This document shows, in pieces, positions 1-9,808 of a stretch of 64,000 nt of DNA. The notes under the pieces were generated by a model, which had not been told where the DNA came from, made no database searches, and saw nothing but the letters and a program-made list of their open reading frames with translations. Numbering within the stretch: position 1 is the stretch's first letter; each line of letters opens with the position of its first letter. The stretch is from Bacteroidota bacterium (GTDB lineage Bacteria > Bacteroidota > Bacteroidia > Bacteroidales > VadinHA17): assembly GCA_029547705.1 (NCBI GenBank), contig JAKPOU010000023.1, positions 5,408 through 69,407 of the forward strand, written 5' to 3'. Both the position numbers and the translations under genes were made by a program.

Positions 1-2267
1 ATCACTTCAGAATGCCCTACTGGGATCATATGGATTCCTTCCTGTCATATTTCGACCGCCTTTCCTGGCTGATGAGCCAGGGACACACGGTATGTGATGT
101 TGCCATTGTTTATCCGATTGCACCCTATGAGGCTGAGATGGACGGCGAGACTGCAAGAAACACATCTTTTGAGCTGGGAGAAAAACTTATGGCAGCAGGA
201 ATAAGTTTTGAATTTATCGACAATGAGTCGCTTGCCCGGGCAGTTGTTGAAAATGCCTGCCTGAACGTGAAACATGCGGGGGCATCCTACAAGGCACTGG
301 TTTTCGCGGATATGAATGCAGTCAGATGGCAGAGCATTGAAAAGGCGGCAGCATTTGCCGGAAATGGCGGAAATGTTTTTTCTGTCGGCGCACTGCCGTC
401 TGCCTCCGACAGAACAGGAAGAAGCGATGGCGAGCTCATCCGTATCAATGATCTGACTTTTAAGGACAATTGTCGCTTCAACACAGTTGATGAGGCAGTT
501 GAGGCAATCCGGAATTCCTTTAAACAGGATGTGACGGGTATTGGACAGACGGTCCGCTACCTGCATCGTAAAGCCGGGTTCCGGGATGTTTACATGGTGA
601 TGGATGCGAAACCGGGATCGACAGTTGAATTCCGCTGCAAAGGAAGGGTTGAACTATGGGATCCCTGGACCGGAGAGACCAAAGCCCTGAGGGTGAAAGG
701 AGAAACCCCGGAAGGTACTCTGGTGGAACTTCCTCTTGAGGAATATGAAGCCCAGATTGTTGTATTCACACCCGGCAAGAAGCATGTCAACCCCCCGGAA
801 ACACCGGAATCCGGTGTTTCCGGGGAAATATATTTTCCCCTCGACTGGAATGTCAGTTTTATCCCGACAATGGATAATAAATGGGGTGATTTCAGACTGC
901 CTGTAACAGGCAGAAGGATGATAGGGCCGGAAGCCCGCCGGTTCAGATGGGCGCGGGAAACAAAGGATATGGCAGAAACGGCAATGCTTCCGGAAACTGA
1001 TGACAGTACCTGGGAAGAGAAGCTTCACGGTTACGGAAGCCAGCTGTATGTCCTCGGACCCGTGTCGAAAAATATTGGTGTTTATTACTTTGAGAGAAAA
1101 CTGGCAGAGATGAAACATCTTGACCCATCCGTCCCGGAATATGTATATGGAAGGAAGTTTGAATGGGAAGCATATGATTTTTCCTGGCGCCGGGGAAAGG
1201 AAGGCGATCCGGGTCACCAGGGATATCACGGACTCAAGCGGACTGTCAGCAATGATTTCCTTTGCCTGGGAAAACCCGAACAGGCTCTGAATGAGATACG
1301 CTACGTGGATGAAATACCTGAAGGACGCTATTATATCTGGACCACGGTAACTGTGGACAATGATCTGACAGCCGATATTCTTTTCAGCGATCAGCCTCCG
1401 CAGGATAAAAGCCATACTTCTCCGGTGCTGACTCCTTCAGTAATCTACGTGAACGGCACGCTAGTATCCTTTCCCGATAACGGTGTAAACCTTAAAGCCG
1501 GCGTCAATACTATCCTGGCAAGATATGACCATGCCGGACGCGGACATTTCGTACTGAGACTGCACGGGGCTCCGGAAATCCCTGCCCGCAGACCGCTGTC
1601 AATGAAATGGGCAGATGATGATGCTGTTATTCCCTTCGACATCTATGCAGGAAAATCAGCAGCGGAATGGTTCAGGTTCCTGTCTGCCCCCGGCACATCG
1701 GCTATTAGTTTCGAAACACCGGGGGAAGCCGAGGTCTGGATTGACGGTATGCCCATGAAGAAGCAGGCTGAAGGAAGATTTGTTGCGGAAAAGGTTCCTG
1801 AAAAAGCTGCGGTTGTTGCCATAAGGATTATTCCGCCCCGTCCCGGAATCACCGGAGGGGCACTCATACCGGAACCCGTTGAGGTAGAAACGGATGGAAG
1901 CGGCCTGATGCGGACAGGAGACTGGTCGGAGTGCGGTATCCTGAAAAATTATTCCGGAGGAATCCGGTACAGGAACAAGGTAAGCATTACATCAGCCCAG
2001 GTTAAATCAGGCATTATTGCCGATCTTGGAAAGGTTGCCGGGACAGCTGCTGTATATGTAAACGGCAAAAAAGCAGGTGTCAGGGTTGCTCCACCGTGGA
2101 AGACAGATATATCAGCCTTTGTGAAAAAAGGTGAGAATACAATTGAGGTGATTGTTTACAATACCCTTGCAAACCATTACCAGACAATCCCTTCGCTCTA
2201 CAAGGGGGATCCCGTGTCAGGACTCCTCGGCCCTGTCAGACTGCTTGTGGAAGAACGGAAAAAATAA
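1..2267 (+). CDS. Glycoside-hydrolase-like protein, C-terminal ~750 aa (5' end outside the window)
   Basis: The reading frame is open from the window edge to the stop at 2265-2267, so the Met at 12 is probably internal. The C-terminal jelly-roll/sugar-binding-like segment (AAVYVNGKKAGVRVAPPWKTDISAFVKKGENTIEVIVYNTLANHY) resembles large Bacteroidota glycosidases. The GH family cannot be assigned by eye. Confidence 0.5.
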   Translation, partial: HFRMPYWDHMDSFLSYFDRLSWLMSQGHTVCDVAIVYPIAPYEAEMDGETARNTSFELGEKLMAAGISFEFIDNESLARAVVENACLNVKHAGASYKALVFADMNAVRWQSIEKAAAFAGNGGNVFSVGALPSASDRTGRSDGELIRINDLTFKDNCRFNTVDEAVEAIRNSFKQDVTGIGQTVRYLHRKAGFRDVYMVMDAKPGSTVEFRCKGRVELWDPWTGETKALRVKGETPEGTLVELPLEEYEAQIVVFTPGKKHVNPPETPESGVSGEIYFPLDWNVSFIPTMDNKWGDFRLPVTGRRMIGPEARRFRWARETKDMAETAMLPETDDSTWEEKLHGYGSQLYVLGPVSKNIGVYYFERKLAEMKHLDPSVPEYVYGRKFEWEAYDFSWRRGKEGDPGHQGYHGLKRTVSNDFLCLGKPEQALNEIRYVDEIPEGRYYIWTTVTVDNDLTADILFSDQPPQDKSHTSPVLTPSVIYVNGTLVSFPDNGVNLKAGVNTILARYDHAGRGHFVLRLHGAPEIPARRPLSMKWADDDAVIPFDIYAGKSAAEWFRFLSAPGTSAISFETPGEAEVWIDGMPMKKQAEGRFVAEKVPEKAAVVAIRIIPPRPGITGGALIPEPVEVETDGSGLMRTGDWSECGILKNYSGGIRYRNKVSITSAQVKSGIIADLGKVAGTAAVYVNGKKAGVRVAPPWKTDISAFVKKGENTIEVIVYNTLANHYQTIPSLYKGDPVSGLLGPVRLLVEERKK

Positions 2268-2317
2268 TCAGGGAAAAATAATTGTCAGAGCATACAAGCC
2301 CTGCGGAACGTTTAGGC

Positions 2318-4060
2318 CTACCAGCCGCCGCCACCGCCGCCGCCACCACCACCGCCGGCACTTCCTCCGCCGCCGCTGCCGGAAGATGAACCCGGAGGCA
2401 CCGATGCGGAAGATATTGCAGAGGAAAAACTCTTTCCCACACTCGAGCTGAAGGCCTGCGGGGAAAACCCGGAGATACCGGCTGCCGGACCTGTATACCA
2501 GGAAGGCCTGTAATCACCGGCATCCTGTTCAGATCGTTTAAGGGCATTCTCAAACCTTCTCCCCCACTCATTCTCCACACCCAGGGCAATGGCATAGGGA
2601 AGATATTTTTCAAAGCGTTCGGCTGTCAGTCCGGGTTCGCCCATCATGTTGAGCCGGTCTTTTTCAGCCACTGAAAGATACATTTTAAAACCCTCGGCCT
2701 CGTCCATCAATGCCCTGCCCTGCACAGTCGGAGCCTTGATAAGCCATGTGAACAGGATGGCAAGTGCCACCAGCAGAATAATGAGAATCACAGGGACCAG
2801 GGGGGAAGGAGAAAACATAAAAGTCAGTACAGTCCAGACAACCGATAGTAAAAAACCGGACAGCAACTGCCGGGTGTTAAGACTGAAATATTCCGGTATC
2901 ATTTTTTCTCTCAGTACTTTATCAGCATTCTTCCTGGCTTCACCAAACAGCCGGTAGTTTTTGTCGTCAAGTTCTATCTCCGGTCCGCGGGAAAAAAGTG
3001 CCGATGCAATAGCTTTTTCCTCAGCACTGAGTTCTTCTGTCTGTCTGCCCAGTTGCCCGACGCTGTATCCCCTGTCCGATTGACTGATTATAAGATATCC
3101 CTTCACGGCCATATTTACCAGCGCGGAGGACATTACCCTGTCTTTCAGTCCCATTCCTGTAAGATAAGCGGTTTCTCCGGGACTGAAACTTCCCGGAGGA
3201 TCAAACAGGGGAATGATAGTCCCCCTGGCAGGATCTTTCCCGACCTCCTTCCATTTTCTGTAATAGATCAGCAGGACCATCAACAGCCCTGCCAGCGCGA
3301 AAAGAACATGAAAGTTGTCCCTGAGAAAATAAAGAGTTTTTTCCGAGGCTGAAGGGTGGTGGACAAAACCCACAGGCCAGGCAACAGCAAGGGTAAGCTG
3401 TTCCCGGGGCTGTAATGCACGTGTGGTGGATACAATCAGGGTATTGCCGCTTTCAACCAGTTCACAGTCGCATCCGGTTGAACCGGCATATCCCGACCAT
3501 GCTGCCTTCTGAAGAATTTCCGCTCCTTCAGGAAGCCTTACCTTCACCGAAGCCTTTTCAATTGCAAAACTCCAGTCACCCCCGATCGCGTTGTAATACA
3601 ATTCATCAAAAGCGTCAAAAAAACCTATCTGCCGGGTAGTTTTGAAGACAAGTGTATAATCATATGTACCCGGAATAAGCTCAGTATCCGTATCGCCTAT
3701 GTAAACAACAACACCGTTTGACTGCGTTTTAACAAACCAGGGTTCCGGCGAGCCGTTCCTTAATACTTTCACAACTTCGAAACCCGTCCTGAAACGATTG
3801 CCCAGCCTGTCAGTATACTTTGTGGGAAAACTCCGGTATATCCCTCTTTTTATTGCATTGCCTTCGGCCACAACACTTATCTGCTCACTAACCAGCAAAG
3901 TGCCGTCTTTTTCTATCTCTGCAAGAATATCATATGACAGTATCCTTTCCTGAGCAGCTGCCGTAAAGCCGGCAGCAAGAAAGGCAGAGAACAGAAAAAG
4001 GCATGTTGCTCTGATCTTTGCAATAATGCCCGTACTGCGGGTAAGAGGGAAAGCACACAT
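2318..4060 (-). CDS. DUF2207 domain-containing membrane protein with Gly/Ser-rich C-terminal tail
   Basis: 580-aa ORF with an N-terminal signal/TM segment and an extracytoplasmic domain. It then has several TM helices (LFALAGLLMVLLIYY, LLSGFLLSVVWTVLTFMF, VPVILIILLVALAILFTWLI) and a tail ending GGGGSAGGGGGGGGGGGW. It lies 40 nt downstream of lemA, the usual partner gene. Confidence 0.75.
   Translation of the reverse strand: MCAFPLTRSTGIIAKIRATCLFLFSAFLAAGFTAAAQERILSYDILAEIEKDGTLLVSEQISVVAEGNAIKRGIYRSFPTKYTDRLGNRFRTGFEVVKVLRNGSPEPWFVKTQSNGVVVYIGDTDTELIPGTYDYTLVFKTTRQIGFFDAFDELYYNAIGGDWSFAIEKASVKVRLPEGAEILQKAAWSGYAGSTGCDCELVESGNTLIVSTTRALQPREQLTLAVAWPVGFVHHPSASEKTLYFLRDNFHVLFALAGLLMVLLIYYRKWKEVGKDPARGTIIPLFDPPGSFSPGETAYLTGMGLKDRVMSSALVNMAVKGYLIISQSDRGYSVGQLGRQTEELSAEEKAIASALFSRGPEIELDDKNYRLFGEARKNADKVLREKMIPEYFSLNTRQLLSGFLLSVVWTVLTFMFSPSPLVPVILIILLVALAILFTWLIKAPTVQGRALMDEAEGFKMYLSVAEKDRLNMMGEPGLTAERFEKYLPYAIALGVENEWGRRFENALKRSEQDAGDYRPSWYTGPAAGISGFSPQAFSSSVGKSFSSAISSASVPPGSSSGSGGGGSAGGGGGGGGGGGW
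2324..2356 (-). repeat. Trinucleotide (GCC/ACC)11 tract encoding an 11-residue poly-Gly run
   Basis: Read directly: gccgccgccaccgccgccgccaccaccaccgcc on the + strand, which is 11 consecutive Gly codons on the - strand just before the terminal Trp of the DUF2207 ORF. Confidence 0.85.
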
Positions 4061-4100
4061 TTCTTTTTACTTTTTTTAACCGGCATCCTGCCGTATGTAA

Positions 4101-4664
4101 CTATTCATTCAAAATTTTAAATCCGGGGACAGCCCTTTCCGATTCATCTCCTATATCAAAAAATTCCCGGGGGTGGTGATCCGTGGCCTTTGCCACAAGG
4201 GATGAGGGAAACTGTCCGACAAGGATGTTGTAGTTTCGGACTGTCCCGTTGTAATAACGCCTGGCTTTCTGAAGATCATTTTCAACCCTGGAAATGTCTC
4301 TCTGAAGCTCCAGGAAATTCTGACTGGCCTTGAGTTCGGGATAGTTTTCGATCACCACAAAAAGTTTCCCGAGGGCTTTTGAAAGTTCCACTTCAGCCTT
4401 TTCCGATTCCCTGACACCCGAAGCCGACATCCCCTGTACCCGCAGTGAAGTTATCGCCTCCAGCAGTTTTTTCTCATGACCGGCATATCCCTGTACTGTA
4501 CTGACAAGAAGAGGAATCAGATCATGACGTTTCCTGAGCTGTACATCAATGCCGCTCCAGGCTTCCTCTACGTAATTGGAAAGCCTTACCAGCCTGTTGT
4601 AGACATATAGGGAGAATCCCCCGACTGTAATCAATAATGCAATGATAAATAAAGCCATCGTCAT
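4101..4664 (-). CDS. lemA: LemA family protein
   Basis: A single N-terminal TM helix is followed by the LemA-type helical domain (YNRLVRLSNYVEEAWSGIDVQLRKRHDLIPLLV...ARRYYNGTVRNYN). The ORF-track start at 4739 is a TTG. I prefer the ATG at 4664 (187 aa) because a TATATTTG promoter box lies inside the longer ORF. Confidence 0.85.
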   Translation of the reverse strand: MTMALFIIALLITVGGFSLYVYNRLVRLSNYVEEAWSGIDVQLRKRHDLIPLLVSTVQGYAGHEKKLLEAITSLRVQGMSASGVRESEKAEVELSKALGKLFVVIENYPELKASQNFLELQRDISRVENDLQKARRYYNGTVRNYNILVGQFPSSLVAKATDHHPREFFDIGDESERAVPGFKILNE

Positions 4665-4699
4665 GAATTTCCGGCAGATATTACCGGCATCTGCCTGTT

Positions 4700-4707
4700 C
4701 AAATATA
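4700..4707 (-). promoter_or_regulatory. Candidate Bacteroidota -7 promoter box (TATATTTG) for lemA-DUF2207
   Basis: The + strand reads caaatata, i.e. TATATTTG on the - strand, matching the Bacteroidota sigma-A -7 consensus TAnnTTTG. It is 36 nt upstream of the ATG at 4664. Confidence 0.45.
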
Positions 4708-4869
4708 AAAAAAAGCAGGAATAACTGTTGTCCGGTCAAAATGTTTCTAAAAGGTTTTTAAAGCTTTTAGCCCATTCAGGACTTTTTTACTATTTTTATC
4801 CTTTCAACCCGTTAACCGGGCAGCTTATTCTCTGAAATCATTCTAATACCATCTTAATATTTAAACAAT

Positions 4870-6144
4870 ATGAAACAAAAAAATTATTTATGGCTTGTGA
4901 TTCTGTTGACAGGATTATTTTTCTCAGCCTGCAAACAGGCAGACAATAAGTTGACTGAGGAAGAGATCCGGGACGGATGGATTCTTCTTTTCGATGGAAA
5001 AACACTTGACGGATGGCGTGATTTCAAGGGTGAACCCGGAACAGTTACCGCACCATGGAAGGTTGAAAACGGAACCCTTACAGCTCTGGGCCAGGGAAGC
5101 GACAGTACCGGATACATCGTTTCCGAAAAGGAATATGGCAATTTCATCATATCGTTTGACTGGAAAATTGAAAAAGCCGGCAACAGCGGTCTTCTTTACC
5201 ATGTGGTTGAGCGTCCGGAATACAGTGTTCCCTATGTTACGGGTCCGGAATACCAGCTGCTTGACGATGTAGGTTTTCCTGAGAAGCTGGAAAACTGGCA
5301 GTTAACCGGTGCGGACTATGCAATGTATCCGCCCGACGACAGCAAAAAACAACTGGCTGAAGTTGGTTCCTGGAACAATTCAAAAATAGTATTCGACAAC
5401 GGGCATGTGGAATACTGGCTGAACGACCAGAAAGTGGTGGAATTTGAAGCATGGACCGACGACTGGTTCAGGAGAAAGGAAAGCGGCAAATGGGATTTCG
5501 CTCCTGAATACGGACTGGCCCGCAGCGGACTTTTCGCACTGCAGGACCATGGCAGCAGAATATGGTTCAAAAATATGAAACTCAAGGAATTGCCGAAAAA
5601 ACCCAAAGAAGAGATTCTGTTTAACGGCAAGGACCTTACCGGATGGGATGTCTATGGTACGGAATTATGGTATGTAAAGGACGGGGAACTGATTTGTGAA
5701 AGCGGTCCTGACAAGGATTACGGATACCTGGGAACAAGAAAGTACTATGATGATTTCGATCTGAGCGTCGATTTCAAACAGGTGTCTGACGGCAACAGCG
5801 GAATATTCATCCGTTCCTACATCAAAACCGGGGTGATCATTTCCGGATGGCAGGTGGAGGTGGCTCCTCCGGGGCATCATACGGGCGGAATCTATGAATC
5901 CTACGGAAGAGGCTGGATTGCACTTATTCCCGACGAAAAACAAAGCATCCTGAAGATGGGTGAATGGAACACCATGCGCATAAAAATGCAGGGGGATGTG
6001 ATTACAACCTGGCTCAACGGACAGGAGATGACAGTACTTGAAGATGAAAAGATCGGCCGGGGAAAAGGCAGGATACTGCTGCAGATTCATGACGGCGGAG
6101 GAATAAAGGTCTGCTGGAAAAATTTCGTCCTGAAAGAACTGTAA
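4870..6144 (+). CDS. Lipoprotein with two tandem DUF1080 (3-keto-disaccharide hydrolase-like) domains
   Basis: Lipoprotein leader (LLTGLFFSAC). The DUF1080 signature occurs twice: GWILLFDGKTLDGWRDF...NSGLLY...LQDHGSRIWFKNMKLKEL, and LFNGKDLTGWDVYG...NSGIFIRS...LLQIHDGGGIKVCWKNFVLKEL. Confidence 0.8.
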   Translation: MKQKNYLWLVILLTGLFFSACKQADNKLTEEEIRDGWILLFDGKTLDGWRDFKGEPGTVTAPWKVENGTLTALGQGSDSTGYIVSEKEYGNFIISFDWKIEKAGNSGLLYHVVERPEYSVPYVTGPEYQLLDDVGFPEKLENWQLTGADYAMYPPDDSKKQLAEVGSWNNSKIVFDNGHVEYWLNDQKVVEFEAWTDDWFRRKESGKWDFAPEYGLARSGLFALQDHGSRIWFKNMKLKELPKKPKEEILFNGKDLTGWDVYGTELWYVKDGELICESGPDKDYGYLGTRKYYDDFDLSVDFKQVSDGNSGIFIRSYIKTGVIISGWQVEVAPPGHHTGGIYESYGRGWIALIPDEKQSILKMGEWNTMRIKMQGDVITTWLNGQEMTVLEDEKIGRGKGRILLQIHDGGGIKVCWKNFVLKEL

Positions 6145-6149
6145 CAACA

Positions 6150-6251
6150 ACGCCGCGTTAAATGCAATTTATCCCGGGGGGTCTGTACCCGGTCAGGGCA
6201 GGTTCTGACGAAACTGGCCTCCCGATAGAAGAGAACCGTTTAGCGCGGCGT
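6150..6251. repeat. 13-bp inverted repeat (one G-U wobble position) enclosing 76 nt, filling a convergent intergenic gap
   Basis: The left arm acgccgcgttaaa (6150-6162) pairs with the right arm tttagcgcggcgt (6239-6251). It lies between the DUF1080 stop (6144) and the recQ stop (6260). Confidence 0.7.
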
Positions 6252-6259
6252 AAATATTT

Positions 6260-8188
6260 CTATCTGCTGAACAGATCCGGTTCCCGCCAGGAAAGCAGGT
6301 TATTGTCATCCCTTACGATCTTGTTGTGGTCGAGCAGCCATCTTACGACCTTGATGACTTTTTCCGGGGGCAGGCTGACTTTGCTCACAAGTTCCGCGGC
6401 TTCATAGCTGTTTCCGGTCAGGATCTTCTTTACCTCATCCAGGATAATGTCAAATTCATATTTGCTGAGATCCAGTTCATTCCTTTCCCGGCAGACGTCA
6501 CATATCCCGCAGCGGTCTGATTCCTCCCCGAAATAATCCAGCAGCAATTCTGACCGGCACCTGGTGGCAGACTCAGCATAGTCGATCATCTTATTGAGCC
6601 GGAAAACATGTTTGTCCTTTACATCAAGATAGTTATCGGATGATATAACCAGGGCTTTTCTTTCAAGCCTTTCTTCAGTAAATATAACCAGTGCCGTTTT
6701 CTTTCCCGGAATATAGCGGATAATGTTCAGCGATGAAAGCTTGACGAGAAATCTGTAAACGGCATCCCGGGAAAGTCCGGATCTCCTGGCCAGTGAATCT
6801 TCATCTATGGCAACAAATTCCGTGAACATTCCAGTGTACGACCTCAATAAGAGTTTAATAAAATCATCAAAAGCCTCATTTGCAACCTGGAACCTGTACA
6901 GGTCATCCCTGCCGACCACAAAATGCACACGCGAGGGATTATTTATCTCCTCGGTGAATTCAACATAGCCTTCACGCTGAAGAAAACTGAGACTGTTGAA
7001 TGTTTCAATAACCGGCAGACGGTATTTTGAAACAAAATCCCGGATACTGAAATCAAATACAGTGTTTTTTCCCGATCCTACCGGAATCTGGAGATAATTA
7101 CAGAGAGCCTCGTAAACGTCTTTTATTTTTCCGACGGGCGGAAACTTTTTTTTCAGCGAACTTTCAAGCTGTTGCCTGTCGGAAGATGAATAAAGCAATA
7201 TTGCAAATGCCTTTTTCCCGTCCCTCCCGGCCCTGCCGCTTTCCTGAAAATATTCCTCGATGGAATCGGGCATTTCCCAGTGAATCACAAATCTGACCTC
7301 CGCCTTATCTATACCCATTCCAAAAGCATTGGTGGCAACAATTATTCTTGTTGATCCAGCTGTCCAGGCCGACTGCTTCCTGTCGCGAATATCCTGTGGC
7401 AGACCCGCATGATAAAAGTCTGCACTGAACTTATTTGCCGTCAGCATTTCGGCAATTTCCTTGCAGCGCCTGCGGCTCCTCACGTATATGATTCCGCTTC
7501 CACCGATATTCCGCAGTGTATTGGTCAGCCACGCTGCCTTATCCTCCACCCGCTTCACCATATAGGAAATATTTTTTCTTCCAAAGCTTGTTCTGAGAAT
7601 ATTCTTTTCCCGGAATTCAAGCTTTTCCATGATATCCCCGGCAACGGCAGGAGTCGCAGTAGCAGTGAGTGCAAGGAAAGGAATCCTGTCGGGGATTAAT
7701 TGCCGTAATGCAGCTATTTTCAGGTAGGATGGCCGGAAATCATAACCCCACTGAGAAATACAGTGAGCCTCATCAACAGCTACAAGATTGATGTTCAGAC
7801 GCGAAACCCTCTCCTGGAACAAACGGGTGGAAATTCTCTCCGGCGAAATGTAAAGGAATTTATAATCTCCGTAAATACAGTTGTCAAGAGCAATGTCAAT
7901 TTCCTCTCCCGACATTCCTGAATGAATTGCCATCGCTTTTATTTCCAGACTGTTAAGTCTTCTGACCTGATCCTTCATCAGCGCAATCAGGGGCGTGATG
8001 ACAACACAGATCCCTTCCATATGCAGGGCGGGAACCTGAAAGGTAATGGACTTGCCGCCGCCGGTGGGCATAAGGGCCAGTGTATCCCTTCCGCCTGCAA
8101 CCGATAGAATAATTTCTTCCTGCAGGGGCTTGAAGGAAGTAAAACCCCAGTACCTGGTCAGAATCTGTCTGTATGCTTCTGTATTCAT
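6260..8188 (-). CDS. recQ: ATP-dependent DNA helicase, RecQ family
   Basis: The N-terminus has FKPLQEEII, Walker A (MPTGGGKSITFQ) and the DEAH box (VAVDEAHCISQWGYDFRPSY). It also carries the RecQ zinc-binding Cys cluster (CRSELLLDYFGEESDRCGICDVC). Confidence 0.9.
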   Translation of the reverse strand: MNTEAYRQILTRYWGFTSFKPLQEEIILSVAGGRDTLALMPTGGGKSITFQVPALHMEGICVVITPLIALMKDQVRRLNSLEIKAMAIHSGMSGEEIDIALDNCIYGDYKFLYISPERISTRLFQERVSRLNINLVAVDEAHCISQWGYDFRPSYLKIAALRQLIPDRIPFLALTATATPAVAGDIMEKLEFREKNILRTSFGRKNISYMVKRVEDKAAWLTNTLRNIGGSGIIYVRSRRRCKEIAEMLTANKFSADFYHAGLPQDIRDRKQSAWTAGSTRIIVATNAFGMGIDKAEVRFVIHWEMPDSIEEYFQESGRAGRDGKKAFAILLYSSSDRQQLESSLKKKFPPVGKIKDVYEALCNYLQIPVGSGKNTVFDFSIRDFVSKYRLPVIETFNSLSFLQREGYVEFTEEINNPSRVHFVVGRDDLYRFQVANEAFDDFIKLLLRSYTGMFTEFVAIDEDSLARRSGLSRDAVYRFLVKLSSLNIIRYIPGKKTALVIFTEERLERKALVISSDNYLDVKDKHVFRLNKMIDYAESATRCRSELLLDYFGEESDRCGICDVCRERNELDLSKYEFDIILDEVKKILTGNSYEAAELVSKVSLPPEKVIKVVRWLLDHNKIVRDDNNLLSWREPDLFSR

Positions 8189-8307
8189 GCCTCCTTGAAC
8201 AAAAATACTAACTCTTGGCCGATTTTTTACATTCCGGCAGATAATTGAATGTTTTATGAGTGATGAATTTTTAGTAATTTGCGCGGCAAAACTTAATAGC
8301 CTGCCCG

Positions 8308-9789
8308 ATGTCCTTTACAAATGATAAAATTCTGTTTGAAGGTCTTACATTCGATGATGTTCTGTTAATACCTTCATACTCGGAAGTACTTCCCAGGGAA
8401 GCCGACCTGAGTTCCATGTTTTCCAGAAATATAATAATCAACACTCCTCTGGTTTCAGCGGCGATGGATACCGTTACGGAGGATGATCTGGCAATCGCGA
8501 TTGCCCGCGAGGGCGGCATAGGAGTGATTCACAAGAACATGAGCATAGAAAAGCAGGCCTCGCAGGTGAGAAAGGTAAAAAGGGCCGAAAACGTAATGAT
8601 CTTTGATCCCATTACCATGGATCCTGATGCCACCGTTGCCGATGCAGTGAATCTGATGAATGAATACAAAATCGGCGGTATTCCGGTGATCGACAAAAAC
8701 GGTATTCTGAAAGGAATTGTGACGAAAAGGGATCTGCGCTTCGAAAACAACAGAAGGCGGAAAATCGGCGAAGTGATGACAAAGGATCTGATAACAACCG
8801 ATGAGAACACCAATCTGGAAGCTGCCGCAAGGATACTGCAAAGGCATAAGATAGAAAAGCTCCCGATGGTTGATGAAAAAGGAAAACTTAAAGGGCTGAT
8901 AACATTCAAGGATATCACAAAGATCAAGGACCGCCCCAACTCCTGCAAGGATGACAAGGGGAGACTAAGGGTGGCTGGTGCGGTCGGCATTGCTCCGGAT
9001 ACGGCCGAAAGGGTTGAAGCACTTGTCAATGCAAATGCCGATGCACTTGTTATTGACACTGCTCATGCCCATTCTGCCAATGTGCTGAGAATGCTCAGGG
9101 AAATAAAGAAGAATTATCCCGATATCGACGTGGTTGTGGGAAATATCGGTACGGGTGAAGCAGCCAGGAAACTGGTTGACGAAGGGGCTGATGCGGTTAA
9201 AGTCGGAATCGGTCCCGGATCAATATGCACCACCCGGGTTATTGCAGGTGTGGGAATACCGCAGCTTTCAGCAATTTACGACACAGCCCGGGCAATAGAA
9301 GGCTCGGGTGTTCCGGTAATTGCCGATGGCGGCATAAGATACTCGGGGGATATCATAAAAGCTCTTGCCGCAGGAGCAGATTCAATAATGATAGGTTCTC
9401 TTTTCGCGGGCGTGGAGGAGTCTCCGGGTGAAACGATAATTTACAGCGGACGTAAATTCAAGGCTTACAGGGGAATGGGTTCGCTTGAAGCAATGCAGCA
9501 GGGCTCAAAGGACAGATATTTTCAGGATATGGAAGACGATATTCTGAAGCTGGTGCCCGAGGGAATAGCTGCAAGGGTTCCCTATAAAGGCCTGCTCTCG
9601 GAAGTCATTTTTCAGATGACGGGAGGATTAAGGGCTGGGATGGGATACGTGGGAGCAAAAAACCTTAAGGTACTTAAGAAGGAAGCCAGATTCGTAAGGA
9701 TAACCGGTTCAGGCATAATTGAAAGCCATCCCCATGATGTTACCATAACAAGGGAATCACCTAATTACAGCAGAAAAGTTTTCGAATAA
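8308..9789 (+). CDS. guaB: IMP dehydrogenase
   Basis: 493 aa. It has [22 protein letters not shown], a tandem CBS insert, the catalytic loop [12 protein letters not shown], and [17 protein letters not shown]. Confidence 0.95.
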   Translation: MSFTNDKILFEGLTFDDVLLIPSYSEVLPREADLSSMFSRNIIINTPLVSAAMDTVTEDDLAIAIAREGGIGVIHKNMSIEKQASQVRKVKRAENVMIFDPITMDPDATVADAVNLMNEYKIGGIPVIDKNGILKGIVTKRDLRFENNRRRKIGEVMTKDLITTDENTNLEAAARILQRHKIEKLPMVDEKGKLKGLITFKDITKIKDRPNSCKDDKGRLRVAGAVGIAPDTAERVEALVNANADALVIDTAHAHSANVLRMLREIKKNYPDIDVVVGNIGTGEAARKLVDEGADAVKVGIGPGSICTTRVIAGVGIPQLSAIYDTARAIEGSGVPVIADGGIRYSGDIIKALAAGADSIMIGSLFAGVEESPGETIIYSGRKFKAYRGMGSLEAMQQGSKDRYFQDMEDDILKLVPEGIAARVPYKGLLSEVIFQMTGGLRAGMGYVGAKNLKVLKKEARFVRITGSGIIESHPHDVTITRESPNYSRKVFE

Positions 9790-9808
9790 ACCGATTCATT
9801 AAATACTG

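Noticed and set aside
654-1415. 253-aa ORF antisense to the glycosidase-like gene
   Set aside because: It is a shadow ORF within a long, uninterrupted 751-aa frame and has no recognisable features.
2152-2613. 99-aa and 125-aa Arg/His/Pro-rich ORFs at the GH / DUF2207 junction
   Set aside because: They are alternative-frame or antisense readings of the GCC/ACC repeat that encodes the DUF2207 poly-Gly tail.
8455-9059. Several 70-176-aa ORFs antisense to guaB
   Set aside because: They are shadow ORFs inside one of the most confidently identified genes in the window.
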